From NCBI GenBank assembly GCA_039698035.1, contig JBDKSW010000019.1, positions 66,140 to 130,139 on the forward strand: a DNA stretch of 64,000 bases, read 5' to 3'. The DNA is from Thermoguttaceae bacterium. Its GTDB lineage: Bacteria; Planctomycetota; Planctomycetia; Pirellulales; Thermoguttaceae. The position numbers were made by a program, and so were the translations under genes. The notes beneath the pieces are model-generated. The model made no database searches, was not told the origin of the DNA, and saw only the letters and a list, made by a program, of their open reading frames with translations. Below are positions 9,771 to 18,545 of the stretch, one piece after another; position 1 is the first letter of the stretch; each line of letters starts with the position of its first letter.

Positions 9771-9776
9771 TATAAT
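9771..9776 (+). promoter_or_regulatory. TATAAT -10-like hexamer upstream of prfB (weak -35)
   Basis: A perfect TATAAT lies 94 nt upstream of the prfB ATG. The best -35 at 17-nt spacing is only TATCCA. Confidence 0.25.
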
Positions 9777-9869
9777 CTGTTGGAGTGGTTTGGGCAGCAA
9801 CCCTCGCCTCAGCCCCCTCTCCCGCTTGGCGGACGGGCCAAGTCAACGAAGTCCCAGGAAATCGGCGCC

Positions 9870-10965
9870 ATGGAACGCGAGACTATCGACCGTGCGGAGG
9901 CCATTCAGCAGCGGATCGTTCAACTGCGGGACTCTCTTTGACTACGAAACCAAGCAGAAAAAGGCCGTGGAGATCGACCAGCACATGGCCGCTCCCGATT
10001 TTTGGGCCAACCAGGAACGAGCGCTCGAGGTCGTCGCCGAGCTGAAATCGCTGAAGGCCGTCATGAAGCCTCTCGAAGAGGCCATCAAGATGGCGGACGA
10101 TCTGGCCGCGTTGGTCGAAATGGCCCAGGAGGATGAGGAACTGGGCGCGGAAGTGCCCGGCGAATTGGATCGCGTCGAACGCCTGGTCGAGGACCTGGAG
10201 ACCAAGGCGCTGCTGAACGGCCCGCTCGACCCCAATCCCGCCTTGCTGACGATCAACGCCCGCGACGGCGGCACCGACGCCAACGACTGGGCCGAGATGC
10301 TCTTGCGCATGTACCTCAACTGGGCCAGGGAAAACGACTACGAAACCGAGATCCTCGACCGCCAAGACAACGAAGAGGCCGGGATCACCAGCGCCACGAT
10401 CGCCGTCCGCGGACCGATGGCTTACGGATATCTCAAGGGCGAGAGCGGCATCCACCGGCTCGTCCGCATCAGCCCATTCAACGCCGAAGGCAAACGACAG
10501 ACCAGCTTTGCCGCGGTCGACGTCTCGCCTGAAATTTCCGAACAGTCCAACGTCGAAATCCGCCCAGAAGATCTCGAGGAGCAGGTGTTCCGCGCCAGCG
10601 GCCCCGGCGGCCAGCACGTCAACAAGACATCGAGCGCCGTGCGGCTCATCCACCACCCGACCGGGATCGTCGTGGCCTGCCAGAGCGAGCGAAGCCAGCA
10701 CAAGAATCGCTCGACAGCCATGAAAATGCTCCGTGCGCGAATCGCTCGCATCGCCGAGGAAAAGCGCGAGGCGGAAGCCGCGGCCAAATACAACCAGATG
10801 CCGAAGGTCGGCTTCGGCTCGCAGATTCGCAGCTACTTCCTGCACCCCGATCAGCGGGTCAAGGACTCGCGAACCGGCTGCACCGACACCCGGTTTCACA
10901 ACGTACTGGACGGTCACATCCAGCCGTTCCTGGACGCCTACTTACGATATCGGGCCGGCAAATAG
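9870..10965 (+). CDS. prfB: Peptide chain release factor 2, requires programmed +1 frameshift
   Basis: Frame 0 reads ATG(9870) MERETIDRAEAIQQRIVQLRDSL and then TGA at 9939-9941. The +1 frame from GAC (9940) continues DYETKQKKAVEIDQHMAAPDFW.. and carries the RF2 signatures SPF (RISPFNAEGKRQTSFA) and GGQ (ASGPGGQHVNKTSSAVR). The two parts total 364 aa. The track ORF start at 9502 is a non-coding extension. Confidence 0.9.
9936..9942 (+). promoter_or_regulatory. prfB autoregulatory +1 frameshift site CTT TGA C
   Basis: The canonical CUU UGA C heptamer is read directly at 9936-9942. A purine-rich GCGGGA lies a few nt upstream and is a weak SD-like stimulator. Confidence 0.85.
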
Positions 10966-11041
10966 CAGGGATTGCCGGTCGACCGAGACGGTGATACATT
11001 GGAGGCGAACCCCGAGAAATTCCCGCGAGGGCAGCCAAACC

Positions 11042-11257
11042 ATGTCGCCCGAAAAAATCGAGCAGTTGAAACGTCAATACACCGGCAAGCGATTGCAGGT
11101 CGACGCCCGGCGGCCCGAACTCACCCGATTCGCGGGGCGGATCGGCCGCGTCGTCACGGTCAATCACAATGGCCGAACGCTGGTCCAGTTCGACGGACCC
11201 GACACGAGTTGGTACGACATCCATCCCGAGTTCCTCACGTTGGAGCCATCCGAATGA
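11042..11257 (+). CDS. Small conserved-looking hypothetical protein (71 aa)
   Basis: MSPEKIEQLKRQYTGKRLQVDARRPELTRFAGRIGRVVTVNHNGRTLVQFDGPDTSWYDIHPEFLTLEPSE. Its composition is protein-like. Its stop overlaps the next start as ATGA at 11254-11257. Confidence 0.55.
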   Translation: MSPEKIEQLKRQYTGKRLQVDARRPELTRFAGRIGRVVTVNHNGRTLVQFDGPDTSWYDIHPEFLTLEPSE

Positions 11258-11814
11258 ACACAGACATTTCGGACGCCGTCGCCGTGAAAGTCGCCAAGGT
11301 CGCCGCGAGAAAACGCGGTTGGTTCAAACGCCACTGGCTCTGGTTCTTGCCAACGTTGGTCGTGCTCATTGCGGCCCTCGGCGCGGGCGTTGCCTACTGG
11401 TCGCTCTTCGTCAGCATCTATCGCTTAGACGTGGTCCAGGCCGCGATGAAGACGATCAAGGCCGACAAGACGCTCCAAGAAAAGCTCGGGGCTCCCCTTC
11501 ACAAAGTCTGGTGGCCGTCGCGCGAAGCAATTCCCAACGCCCGAATCGAGGAACGCGAGAAGGACGTTCTTTGGAACATCCACGGGACCAAGGGCGTCGC
11601 CAAGGCGCACGTCTTGGCCCAAATGAGGCTCGGCCAGTGGCAGACTGTTTTGCTTGAAGTCACCTTGGCGGACGGCAAGAAGATCTCGCTCGGCGGTGGA
11701 GGCGACAAGGCGGACGACGCGCCCGTCTATCAAGCGCCCAAACCCAAGCCGGGCGACAAGAGCTCGGAGCGTAACGCCCCGCCGCCGAACGTGGACCTGA
11801 AAATCCCGGAGTAG
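11254..11814 (+). CDS. Single-pass membrane protein (possibly Coa1/Tim21-like fold), Lys/Pro-rich tail
   Basis: 186 aa, MNTDISDAV..KRHWLWFLPTLVVLIAALGAGVAYWSLFV (TM) ..AAMKTIKADKTLQEKLGAP... The family assignment is tentative. Confidence 0.55.
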   Translation: MNTDISDAVAVKVAKVAARKRGWFKRHWLWFLPTLVVLIAALGAGVAYWSLFVSIYRLDVVQAAMKTIKADKTLQEKLGAPLHKVWWPSREAIPNARIEEREKDVLWNIHGTKGVAKAHVLAQMRLGQWQTVLLEVTLADGKKISLGGGGDKADDAPVYQAPKPKPGDKSSERNAPPPNVDLKIPE

Positions 11815-11858
11815 CGTCGTCGCAACCGGACGACGCACCCCAGAGCCCGGCATGGTGT

Positions 11859-13814
11859 TCAACGGCCGCGATCCGGTCGCCCCAAGGATTTCCGGGACAT
11901 GGCTTCATACTCGGCCGCCTTCGCTCGCAGCACGTTCGCCAAGGCGGTCCGGTTTTGTTCGCTGGCCAGTTGCAGTGCCCTGCGTGCCGCGACCAGGGCC
12001 TCATCAAACCGCCCGCTCGACGCGAGCACGCTGGCCAGATTGCACTGAGCTTCGACGTAGGCCGGCCGCAATTCGAGAGCGTTTCGAAACTCGGCAGCGG
12101 CCCGATCGAGCCGTCCTTCCGCCGCCCAGACGTTGCCCAAGTTCAGATGGGCTTCGGCATAGTCGGGTCGCAGCGCGATGGCGCGATCCAGATGGCGCAA
12201 CGCCTCCTGCGTCCGCCCCAGTTTCGTGAGGGCGTCGCCGAAATTGTTGTGCGCCTCGGGATAGTCTAGCCAAATTGCCAGGGCCTTTTCAAAGTATCGA
12301 ACCGCTTCGGCAACGCGCCCCTCGGCAGCCAGAGCGTTGGCCAGCCCCAGATAGGCCGGAGCAAAACGCGGCCGCAGCCCGATCGCCGCGCGAAACTGCT
12401 CGGCCGCGTCCCGCAACCGTCCGGCCCTGATAAGCGCTCCGCCCAGATTGCTGTGCGCCACGGCCAAGTCGGGCTGAGCATCGAGGGCTTTCCGATACAG
12501 GGCGATGGCCTCTTCGACACGTCCCTCGGCCGCCCACTGGTTGCCCAGATTGTTATAGGCCATCGCGCACCGCGGATTCCGCTCGAGGGTCATGCGAAAC
12601 AGGGTCTCGCCGTCGGCGTACATCCGACTCTGTTGCCACGTGAGCGCGAAGAGCGTCGCCAGCAGCATTGCGATGAGCGCGCGACCCGCCGCGACGTTCC
12701 AACGGCGACGCTGCCAGAACGTCGTTGCAATGCCCGCCAGAACCGCGCAAGGCACGATCATCGCCGCGTATTGCCAATGGTCGGCCACCAACGAGTATTC
12801 CATGAAGTAGACGTTCACGAAGCCCAAGATCGGAAGCAACAGGGTCACATAGCAGACGAGCAGCATCAAGAACGGCCGCCCCCACGAGCTTCGCCGCGTC
12901 CACGCCGCCACGACCAAGCCAACCAGCGCCAAGCCCGGCAGGAACCACCACGCATTGACCGCGTTCAGGTCCCATCGCGGATAGACGAACATCAGGTTGG
13001 CCGGCCAGATCAGCTTCCACAGGTAGAACCACACGGCGCAGCCGGCCACGGCCGCTCGGCTCAAAAATCCGTCATGACGCACCACGTCGTCGGCGGCCGC
13101 CAAGTGTTGCTGAAAAACCTCGATGCCGACCATCGCCAGACCGATCAACACGAGCGGCATGACTCGGAGCAAATCGCGGCGGTCGATCCGTCCCCGTTGC
13201 CACCAGGCAAGCGCCAGCAGCACCACCGGCAGCGTCAACGTCATCCCTTTGGCTAACGTCGCCAAGGTGAACATCGCAATCGCCGCGATGTACGCTCCTC
13301 GATTTCCGTGCCGCTCGTGGCGCAAGTAGAGAAGCACGGACGCCAGCGTCAGCGCCAGCGAAAACACATTCTTGAGCTGGGTGATCCATGCGACGCTTTC
13401 CACGTTGACCGGGTGCAGCGCAAACAGGGCCGCCGCCAGCGGGGCCCCAGGCAGGTTCAGCGATGCCAGCACGCGCCAAACAAGAATGGCCGACAGGGCG
13501 TGCAGCCCGATGTTCACCAGATGGAAGCCGGTCGGGCTCAGCCCCCAGAGCTGATACTCGAGCCAATAGACCGTCGAAGTCGCCGGCCAGTAGTTGACGT
13601 GCGTGCCCGGCAACCAGATGCGAAAAACGCCGCCGGGCGCCAAGACCGGATTGTTCAGGAGGTGCAGGTTGTCGTCCCAGACGAACCCGCCGTGCCACGC
13701 GGGCTGATAGGCCAAAAAGACGGCAACGACCAGGCCGGCCGCGAGCCACCCACGTTGAACGGGCGTCGCCGAACCCGGTGCAATCCATTCGCTGCCAGGG
13801 GATGCGTCATTCAT
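11859..13814 (-). CDS. Multi-pass membrane protein with long C-terminal TPR array (PMT_2/DUF1736, TMTC-like putative glycosyltransferase)
   Basis: 651 aa. The N-terminus reads ..YQPAWHGGFVWDDNLHLLNNP..VNYWPATSTVYWLEYQLWG..GFHLVNIGLH, followed by about 10 hydrophobic segments. It then has at least 7 TPR units (AYNNLGNQWAAEGRVEEAIALYRKALDAQPD.. repeated). Confidence 0.7.
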   Translation of the reverse strand: MNDASPGSEWIAPGSATPVQRGWLAAGLVVAVFLAYQPAWHGGFVWDDNLHLLNNPVLAPGGVFRIWLPGTHVNYWPATSTVYWLEYQLWGLSPTGFHLVNIGLHALSAILVWRVLASLNLPGAPLAAALFALHPVNVESVAWITQLKNVFSLALTLASVLLYLRHERHGNRGAYIAAIAMFTLATLAKGMTLTLPVVLLALAWWQRGRIDRRDLLRVMPLVLIGLAMVGIEVFQQHLAAADDVVRHDGFLSRAAVAGCAVWFYLWKLIWPANLMFVYPRWDLNAVNAWWFLPGLALVGLVVAAWTRRSSWGRPFLMLLVCYVTLLLPILGFVNVYFMEYSLVADHWQYAAMIVPCAVLAGIATTFWQRRRWNVAAGRALIAMLLATLFALTWQQSRMYADGETLFRMTLERNPRCAMAYNNLGNQWAAEGRVEEAIALYRKALDAQPDLAVAHSNLGGALIRAGRLRDAAEQFRAAIGLRPRFAPAYLGLANALAAEGRVAEAVRYFEKALAIWLDYPEAHNNFGDALTKLGRTQEALRHLDRAIALRPDYAEAHLNLGNVWAAEGRLDRAAAEFRNALELRPAYVEAQCNLASVLASSGRFDEALVAARRALQLASEQNRTALANVLRAKAAEYEAMSRKSLGRPDRGR

Positions 13815-13846
13815 GTCGGGCGTCTGTCACCGGGTGCGTGGTGGCG

Positions 13847-16381
13847 CTAAGGCAGCGTGGGCTTCGGCTCCTCGGCGGACGGTGCGTTCGATTCCACGCT
13901 CCGACGCGGCGCTCGTTCCACCGGCAACGTTCGTTCCTCGGCGTCTTTCGCCCGAATTTCCTTCGCGTCGAGCCGTTGCCGCCATTGCTGGACGGCCATG
14001 CGGCGTCGCGCGGCCGTTTGCTCGGGCTGATAGTACAGCCCCAGGCCGGTGAGCTCCCGCAAGTTCCAGAAACTTAGCCGGCGGATGGCGAGCGAGTCGT
14101 CGTCCAGCCCCTGAACGAGCTTCGCGTCCTCCCCGCCTTCCAAGTCCTTTTGGCTGTACCCCAAGAGCATTCGGTAGAGGTCGGCCGCCTGTTGCGAATA
14201 GCGACGTTCGAGCGCTGCCCGGACCCCTGCCGCCGTCTCGCCGTCCCGAGCGACCGCCGACCTCAGTTCCTCGACATAGTAGTCCTGCCAATCCAGCTTG
14301 TGCGCTGGATCGTCGAGCGCGGCCACCATTTCCGAAAATTGGCCGACGTATCCCAAACTGCGCAAGGCGAGCCATCGCACCTCGCGCTGCGGCCTCGTCG
14401 TCGCCGCCTCCAACAGACTCAAGCGAGCCGGCTTTTCGGCCTTCTCGCTGGCAAGATACTGCGACAGCATGACCGACGCTCGACGGTCAAGCTCCTTGAT
14501 CGGCTCGGCCGTAATCCACCGGGGCATTTCCTTCAGCGCCACCGGCGCCGGCACCGCCACGCCGTCAAACGCCACTTTCTGCGGCGCGGCCAACTGCACC
14601 TGGCTCGGCTTCCCCTCGACGGTCTCCTCCCACACGATCGGGCCGGCGACGGCATACAACGTGGCCGTCACGCGCGGCGGATCCGTTTCCGGATTTTTGC
14701 CCGGCGCATGGAGATGTCGTACGTCAACCGCGGCCACCGAGTCGCCGTCGACGAACGTGACCGTGCCCGTGCGGTCGCCAAAAGCGACTCGCAGTTTTGT
14801 GTCGCCCTTGGCCAGCGGCCGCATCACGGCGCGGCCGTAAGAGACGCGCACGCCAGGCGGCTGTGACGCGGCCGTGCCGAGCAGTTCGAGCCGCGTACCG
14901 CCGAGGATGTCCAGCGTCACGCCGGCGGTCAGCGCCACCTTGGCGCGATACGTTGGAAGCGCCAACACGTGACTCGGGAAAAGCACCTGATTGGCCGTCA
15001 CGCGAGCCCACTCCGCATCACCCGCGCGGCTCAGCAACACCTGGTCGCTCAGCATGAGCCGCCCCAAGGCTTCGCGTTGCGGGGCAGCCGGCGACGTTCC
15101 GGGCGGCGCATCGTGCTTTTCGCCCATCTCGTCCACGCCCGGGATGGCGGGGGCCTTGGGCGTCGATTTCGACTCGTCGCTCGCAGGCGCCTTGGGTGTC
15201 TCCGACAGTGGGGGCTTCGTCGTGTCGGCAGGCGGCTTGGGCGTCTCCGACGGCGGCGGCTTCACCGTGTCCGCAGGCGGCTTGGACATGTCGATCGGCG
15301 CCTTCGCCGTCTCGGGAGCCTTCCCCGGCTCCTCGTTCCGCGGCTGATCGGGCGGCGAGACGACCGGCGCCTTGGGTGTCTCGACCTGCTTGGTCGCATC
15401 GGCCGACGGCGTCACGGGCGGCTGCTTCGCCGTGTCCGTTGGGGGCGAGACCGCTTGCCCACCAGGCGTCACGGGAACGACAGGCAAGCTTGGCGGCAGC
15501 GCCTTCGCGGTCTCAGGCTTGTCGGCCGGCGGCAGTCCGAGGGGCGTCTCCCGTTTTGTCGCATCAGCCGGCAAACTCGGAATCTCCGATTTTGGCTTCG
15601 TTTTCTGCTCGATTACGCCGCTGGCGGCATCCGGCGACGCGGTTTGCGGCGGCCGCGGTGTCGCTTTCTCTCCCTCGGTCACGGCGGCAACCTCGGGGGC
15701 GGCCGGCGCGGAGATCAGACCAAACTCGACCAACAGCTTGCCCAGCGGCGTCTCCGGCTCGAACTGGCCAAGCGACTTCAGCCCAATGCCCGTGATGCAA
15801 ATGACCAACACGACGGCCGCAACCACCGAGACCCAAATCGGTTTGCGATGCGACTCGCGCAAGTACTCCGGCACAGTCGGCTTCGGCCGAGCCTTTCGAT
15901 CGCCGCCCAAGTCGCCAAGATCCAACAACGGCCCCGTGGGTTGCGAAGGCAACGCCGGCTGCTCGGCCGTCGGGGGCAGCGGCGGCGCATGGCCCGACCG
16001 ATCTTTCAAGTCATACATCTGCAGCCGGCTCGCCGGATCGACCTCGGCCGGTTCGCCGAGCACCAGCGTCAGGATCTGATGGCAGGCCGCGACCTCCGCC
16101 AGATGGACGTCCGAGTCAAGGCAAACCTTTTCAAACTCGGCCACCCGCTCCGAGTCGAGCGTGTTGTCCAGATATTCGGCAACCGTGTTCGCATCGAGGC
16201 CCGGTCCGCGTTCCGTCAGGCTGGGCGCCCCAAGCCGCAGCCGCCGCATGGCGTCGCGAATGCGATGCACCAACGTCGTGGCGTATTCGCTCTCCTCAAT
16301 CTTTTTGCCGAGCTCCTCGGCGTCCTTCGGGTCGAGCAGGCCGTCCAAATAGGCCAACAGGGTTCGCAGCGTGAGTCGCAT
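13847..16381 (-). CDS. Anti-sigma-like (zf-HC2-like N-terminus) single-pass membrane protein with Pro/Lys/Thr-rich spacer and large C-terminal domain
   Basis: I start it at Met-65 of track ORF 13847..16573 (cat at 16379-16381). That gives MRLTLRTLLAYLDGLLDPKDAEEL.. and a second similar helix pair (TVAEYLDNTLDSERVAEFEKVCLDSDVHLAEVAACHQIL). A TM segment follows (IWVSVVAAVVLVICITGIGL), then about 250 aa of low-complexity P/K/T/A sequence and about 400 aa of globular C-terminus. Confidence 0.6.
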   Translation of the reverse strand: MRLTLRTLLAYLDGLLDPKDAEELGKKIEESEYATTLVHRIRDAMRRLRLGAPSLTERGPGLDANTVAEYLDNTLDSERVAEFEKVCLDSDVHLAEVAACHQILTLVLGEPAEVDPASRLQMYDLKDRSGHAPPLPPTAEQPALPSQPTGPLLDLGDLGGDRKARPKPTVPEYLRESHRKPIWVSVVAAVVLVICITGIGLKSLGQFEPETPLGKLLVEFGLISAPAAPEVAAVTEGEKATPRPPQTASPDAASGVIEQKTKPKSEIPSLPADATKRETPLGLPPADKPETAKALPPSLPVVPVTPGGQAVSPPTDTAKQPPVTPSADATKQVETPKAPVVSPPDQPRNEEPGKAPETAKAPIDMSKPPADTVKPPPSETPKPPADTTKPPLSETPKAPASDESKSTPKAPAIPGVDEMGEKHDAPPGTSPAAPQREALGRLMLSDQVLLSRAGDAEWARVTANQVLFPSHVLALPTYRAKVALTAGVTLDILGGTRLELLGTAASQPPGVRVSYGRAVMRPLAKGDTKLRVAFGDRTGTVTFVDGDSVAAVDVRHLHAPGKNPETDPPRVTATLYAVAGPIVWEETVEGKPSQVQLAAPQKVAFDGVAVPAPVALKEMPRWITAEPIKELDRRASVMLSQYLASEKAEKPARLSLLEAATTRPQREVRWLALRSLGYVGQFSEMVAALDDPAHKLDWQDYYVEELRSAVARDGETAAGVRAALERRYSQQAADLYRMLLGYSQKDLEGGEDAKLVQGLDDDSLAIRRLSFWNLRELTGLGLYYQPEQTAARRRMAVQQWRQRLDAKEIRAKDAEERTLPVERAPRRSVESNAPSAEEPKPTLP
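15139..15390. repeat. In-frame reiterated coding repeat; core is a 45-bp tandem unit, about 2.4 copies at 15184-15293
   Basis: caggcg(c/g)cttggg.gtctccgac... recurs at 15184, 15229 and 15274, a period of 45 nt. On the minus strand it encodes KPPADT(V/T)KPP(P/L)SETP. A near-identical 20-mer ggcgccttgggtgtctc-gac recurs at 15366. Confidence 0.7.
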
Positions 16382-16742
16382 TGTGACATCTCCTACCCGT
16401 ATTAGTGCCGCATCCGGCCCAATTTCGTGCAAAAATGTTGCAACTTGCCTTGGCGCAAGCCGTTGCGTCGCCAGGCCAAATGGCCCGAACGCAAGAGACT
16501 CGCGTGGGCCCGAGTGGTCGCCCCGCCCGGCGGCCGCGCGACCGCCGGCCCTTCCCGAGCGAAGATCTGGCACGCCCGGCGCGCCGGGGAACGACTCTGA
16601 CGATCAACGCCAGACAGCATGGGCATCCATTCCCTCCAAGGCGACCAGCCCAGGTGTCCGCAGTCGCCAAGAGCCAAACGCCCCCCCTTAACAACGGTGT
16701 CGCCGGCGTGTGTCAAGCGTTAACACCGCCACGATGTGCGTC

Positions 16743-16771
16743 TTGACGCCGCCCGAGGCCCCCCCTAGAAT
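16743..16771 (+). promoter_or_regulatory. Sigma70-type promoter of terC (TTGACG-N17-TAGAAT)
   Basis: TTGACG at 16743-16748, a 17-nt spacer, then TAGAAT at 16766-16771. It sits about 65 nt upstream of the GTG start at 16837. Confidence 0.55.
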
Positions 16772-16836
16772 CAGAACCATACTTTAGAGGGACACCCTGG
16801 ATCTGTGAGTCCTGGCGAGCAACAGAGGCATGCCCC

Positions 16837-17835
16837 GTGAACGATGTCGTCTTCTGGCAATGGGCCATCTTCGGATGCCTTGTCGCAGTGCTCTTGGCCC
16901 TCGATCTGCTCGTCTTTCACCGGGATGATCGCGCCCCTTCGCTGCGGGGATCGGCCTGCTGGACCCTGTTTTGGTGCGGTTTGGCGCTCACGTTCAACGG
17001 CCTTCTTTGGTGGTGGCGCAGCCAGCAAGCGGGCCCGGCGGAAGGCCGCGAGGCGGCCCTCTCCTTTTTCATTGGCTACCTGGTCGAATGGTCGTTGTCG
17101 ATGGACAACGTCTTCGTCTTCGCCGTTATCTTTCGGTTTTTCCAGGTCCCGGCCCAATACCAGTACCGCGTGCTCTTCTGGGGCATCCTGGGCGCGATCG
17201 GCCTCCGACTCCTGTTTATCCTGGCCGGCGTTCAACTGATCAACCACTTCTCGTGGACCGTGCCGCTGCTCGGAGTGCTGCTGGTGTACACGGCCGTCAA
17301 GCTGGCCATCCACACGGAAACCGAAGTTCAACCGGAAAACAACCTCGTGCTCCGAGTCGCCCGGCGATGGCTCCGAGTCAGCCACGGCGGTCATCACGAG
17401 CATGGCCACGCCTTTTTCGTCCGTCAAGCAGGCCATCTCTGCATCACGCCGTTGTTCCTTGTGCTGCTCGTCATCGAAACCACGGACATCGTCTTCGCCG
17501 TCGACAGCGTGCCGGCCATCCTCGGCATCACCAAAGACCCGTTCGTCGTCTTCACGTCGAACATCTTCGCAATCCTTGGCCTCCGAGCGCTCTATTTTCT
17601 GCTGGCCGGCGCGATCGAAGCGTTCCGCTATCTTCACTACGGTCTGGCGACCGTCCTCGCGTTCGTCGGCGTCAGCATGATCGGCGACCACTTTCTCGTT
17701 TCTGAACCAGGCGGCCATCTCGTGCCCACCTGGGCCAAGCTGATCGTCATTGCCACCGCACTCGGCGTGGCCATCGCGGCGTCGCTGGCATCGAATCGCG
17801 CCGCTCGGAGCGGCAACACGTCGGCCAAACCGTAA
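16837..17835 (+). CDS. terC: TerC/Alx family integral membrane protein
   Basis: 332 aa. FIGYLVEWSLSMDNVFVFAVIF, ETTDIVFAVDSVPAILGIT and FTSNIFAILGLRALYF form the duplicated TerC signature. Confidence 0.85.
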   Translation: MNDVVFWQWAIFGCLVAVLLALDLLVFHRDDRAPSLRGSACWTLFWCGLALTFNGLLWWWRSQQAGPAEGREAALSFFIGYLVEWSLSMDNVFVFAVIFRFFQVPAQYQYRVLFWGILGAIGLRLLFILAGVQLINHFSWTVPLLGVLLVYTAVKLAIHTETEVQPENNLVLRVARRWLRVSHGGHHEHGHAFFVRQAGHLCITPLFLVLLVIETTDIVFAVDSVPAILGITKDPFVVFTSNIFAILGLRALYFLLAGAIEAFRYLHYGLATVLAFVGVSMIGDHFLVSEPGGHLVPTWAKLIVIATALGVAIAASLASNRAARSGNTSAKP

Positions 17836-17837
17836 GG

Positions 17838-18545
17838 CTATGCGCCGGCCGCGCGCAGCAACGGGTGGCCTGTGTAGAGGTGATAGCGGTCGCAACCGAA
17901 GCCGTCGGCCAAGCGACGGATCAGGGCCGCGCGAATCGATGTCATGCGAACCGGCCCACACCGCTCGGCCGCCAGCGAACTGGTCTTGGGTTCGACCAAC
18001 GAAAGCAGTCCGGTCGCCGGGCTGACGTTCAGATACGCGCCGTAGTAGGCGACCCAATGACGGACGGCCACGCCGACCGCGGCCAGTTGGCCCGTGCGTC
18101 CCCAAACACCCCAGCGCGGCGGCACACCGGCGGTGGCTGGCACATGGAGGTCGTCGAGCGTTTCCAGAATGCCGGTCTGGAGGCGTTCGAGAAACTGGCC
18201 GACGGACAGTGCGTGCCATCGCAGGGGCACGATCGGGTAGATGGCCAATTGGCCGGGACAGTGGAGGATGCAACCGCCGCCCCGATTGACCCAGCGGACC
18301 TCGATCTGCCCGGTCCGCACGGGCGTGCTTTGCCTGGCGATGTCGCCCGGCGAGCCGCCGCGTCCAACCGTGATGATCGGCCGGTGTTCGCACAGAAGCA
18401 GGGTCACCTGCCCGTCGTCGCGGCCGTTCGTTTGCTCGACGAGCCGTTGCTGGAGCGACAGGATGCGATCGAACTCGACCTGGCCCAGCAGGAACGCTTC
18501 GAGGGCCGGCGCGGTCGATCGCTCGTTGGGCAGTACGGTTGGCAC
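17838..18545 (-). CDS. LipB-like octanoyltransferase homologue (catalytic dyad apparently not conserved)
   Basis: This is the C-terminal two-thirds of the fused track ORF 17838..19199. It reads ..LLLCEHRPIITVGRGG.., NRGGGCILHCPGQLAIYP (compare RGGxxTxHGPGQ) and VAYYGAYLNVS. There is no in-frame ATG. The candidate starts are GTG at 18545 or TTG at 18554. Confidence 0.6.
   Translation of the reverse strand: MPTVLPNERSTAPALEAFLLGQVEFDRILSLQQRLVEQTNGRDDGQVTLLLCEHRPIITVGRGGSPGDIARQSTPVRTGQIEVRWVNRGGGCILHCPGQLAIYPIVPLRWHALSVGQFLERLQTGILETLDDLHVPATAGVPPRWGVWGRTGQLAAVGVAVRHWVAYYGAYLNVSPATGLLSLVEPKTSSLAAERCGPVRMTSIRAALIRRLADGFGCDRYHLYTGHPLLRAAGA

Noticed and set aside
9502-9869. N-terminal 146 residues of the 487-aa prfB track ORF
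   Set aside because: They are low-complexity and overlap the mnmA 5' end and the intergenic region. The true RF2 N-terminus is in the other frame (ATG 9870) and is joined by the +1 frameshift.
15139-15390. Regularly spaced 45-bp repeats as a possible CRISPR array
   Set aside because: The repeats are directly tandem with no spacers. They are in frame inside a long ORF and encode a Pro-rich peptide repeat. No cas genes are present.
16772-16836. yybP-ykoY (Mn2+) riboswitch upstream of terC
   Set aside because: TerC/Alx genes often carry this riboswitch. Here the predicted leader is only about 65 nt, and I could not find the conserved GGGGAGUAG / UUGACAUA / AGCAAGACC-type elements.
17833-17840. 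terC and the lipB-like gene converge with only 2 bp between their stop codons and no terminator
   Set aside because: It is real in the sequence but is probably just compact genome organisation. I found no structure to support a regulatory claim.
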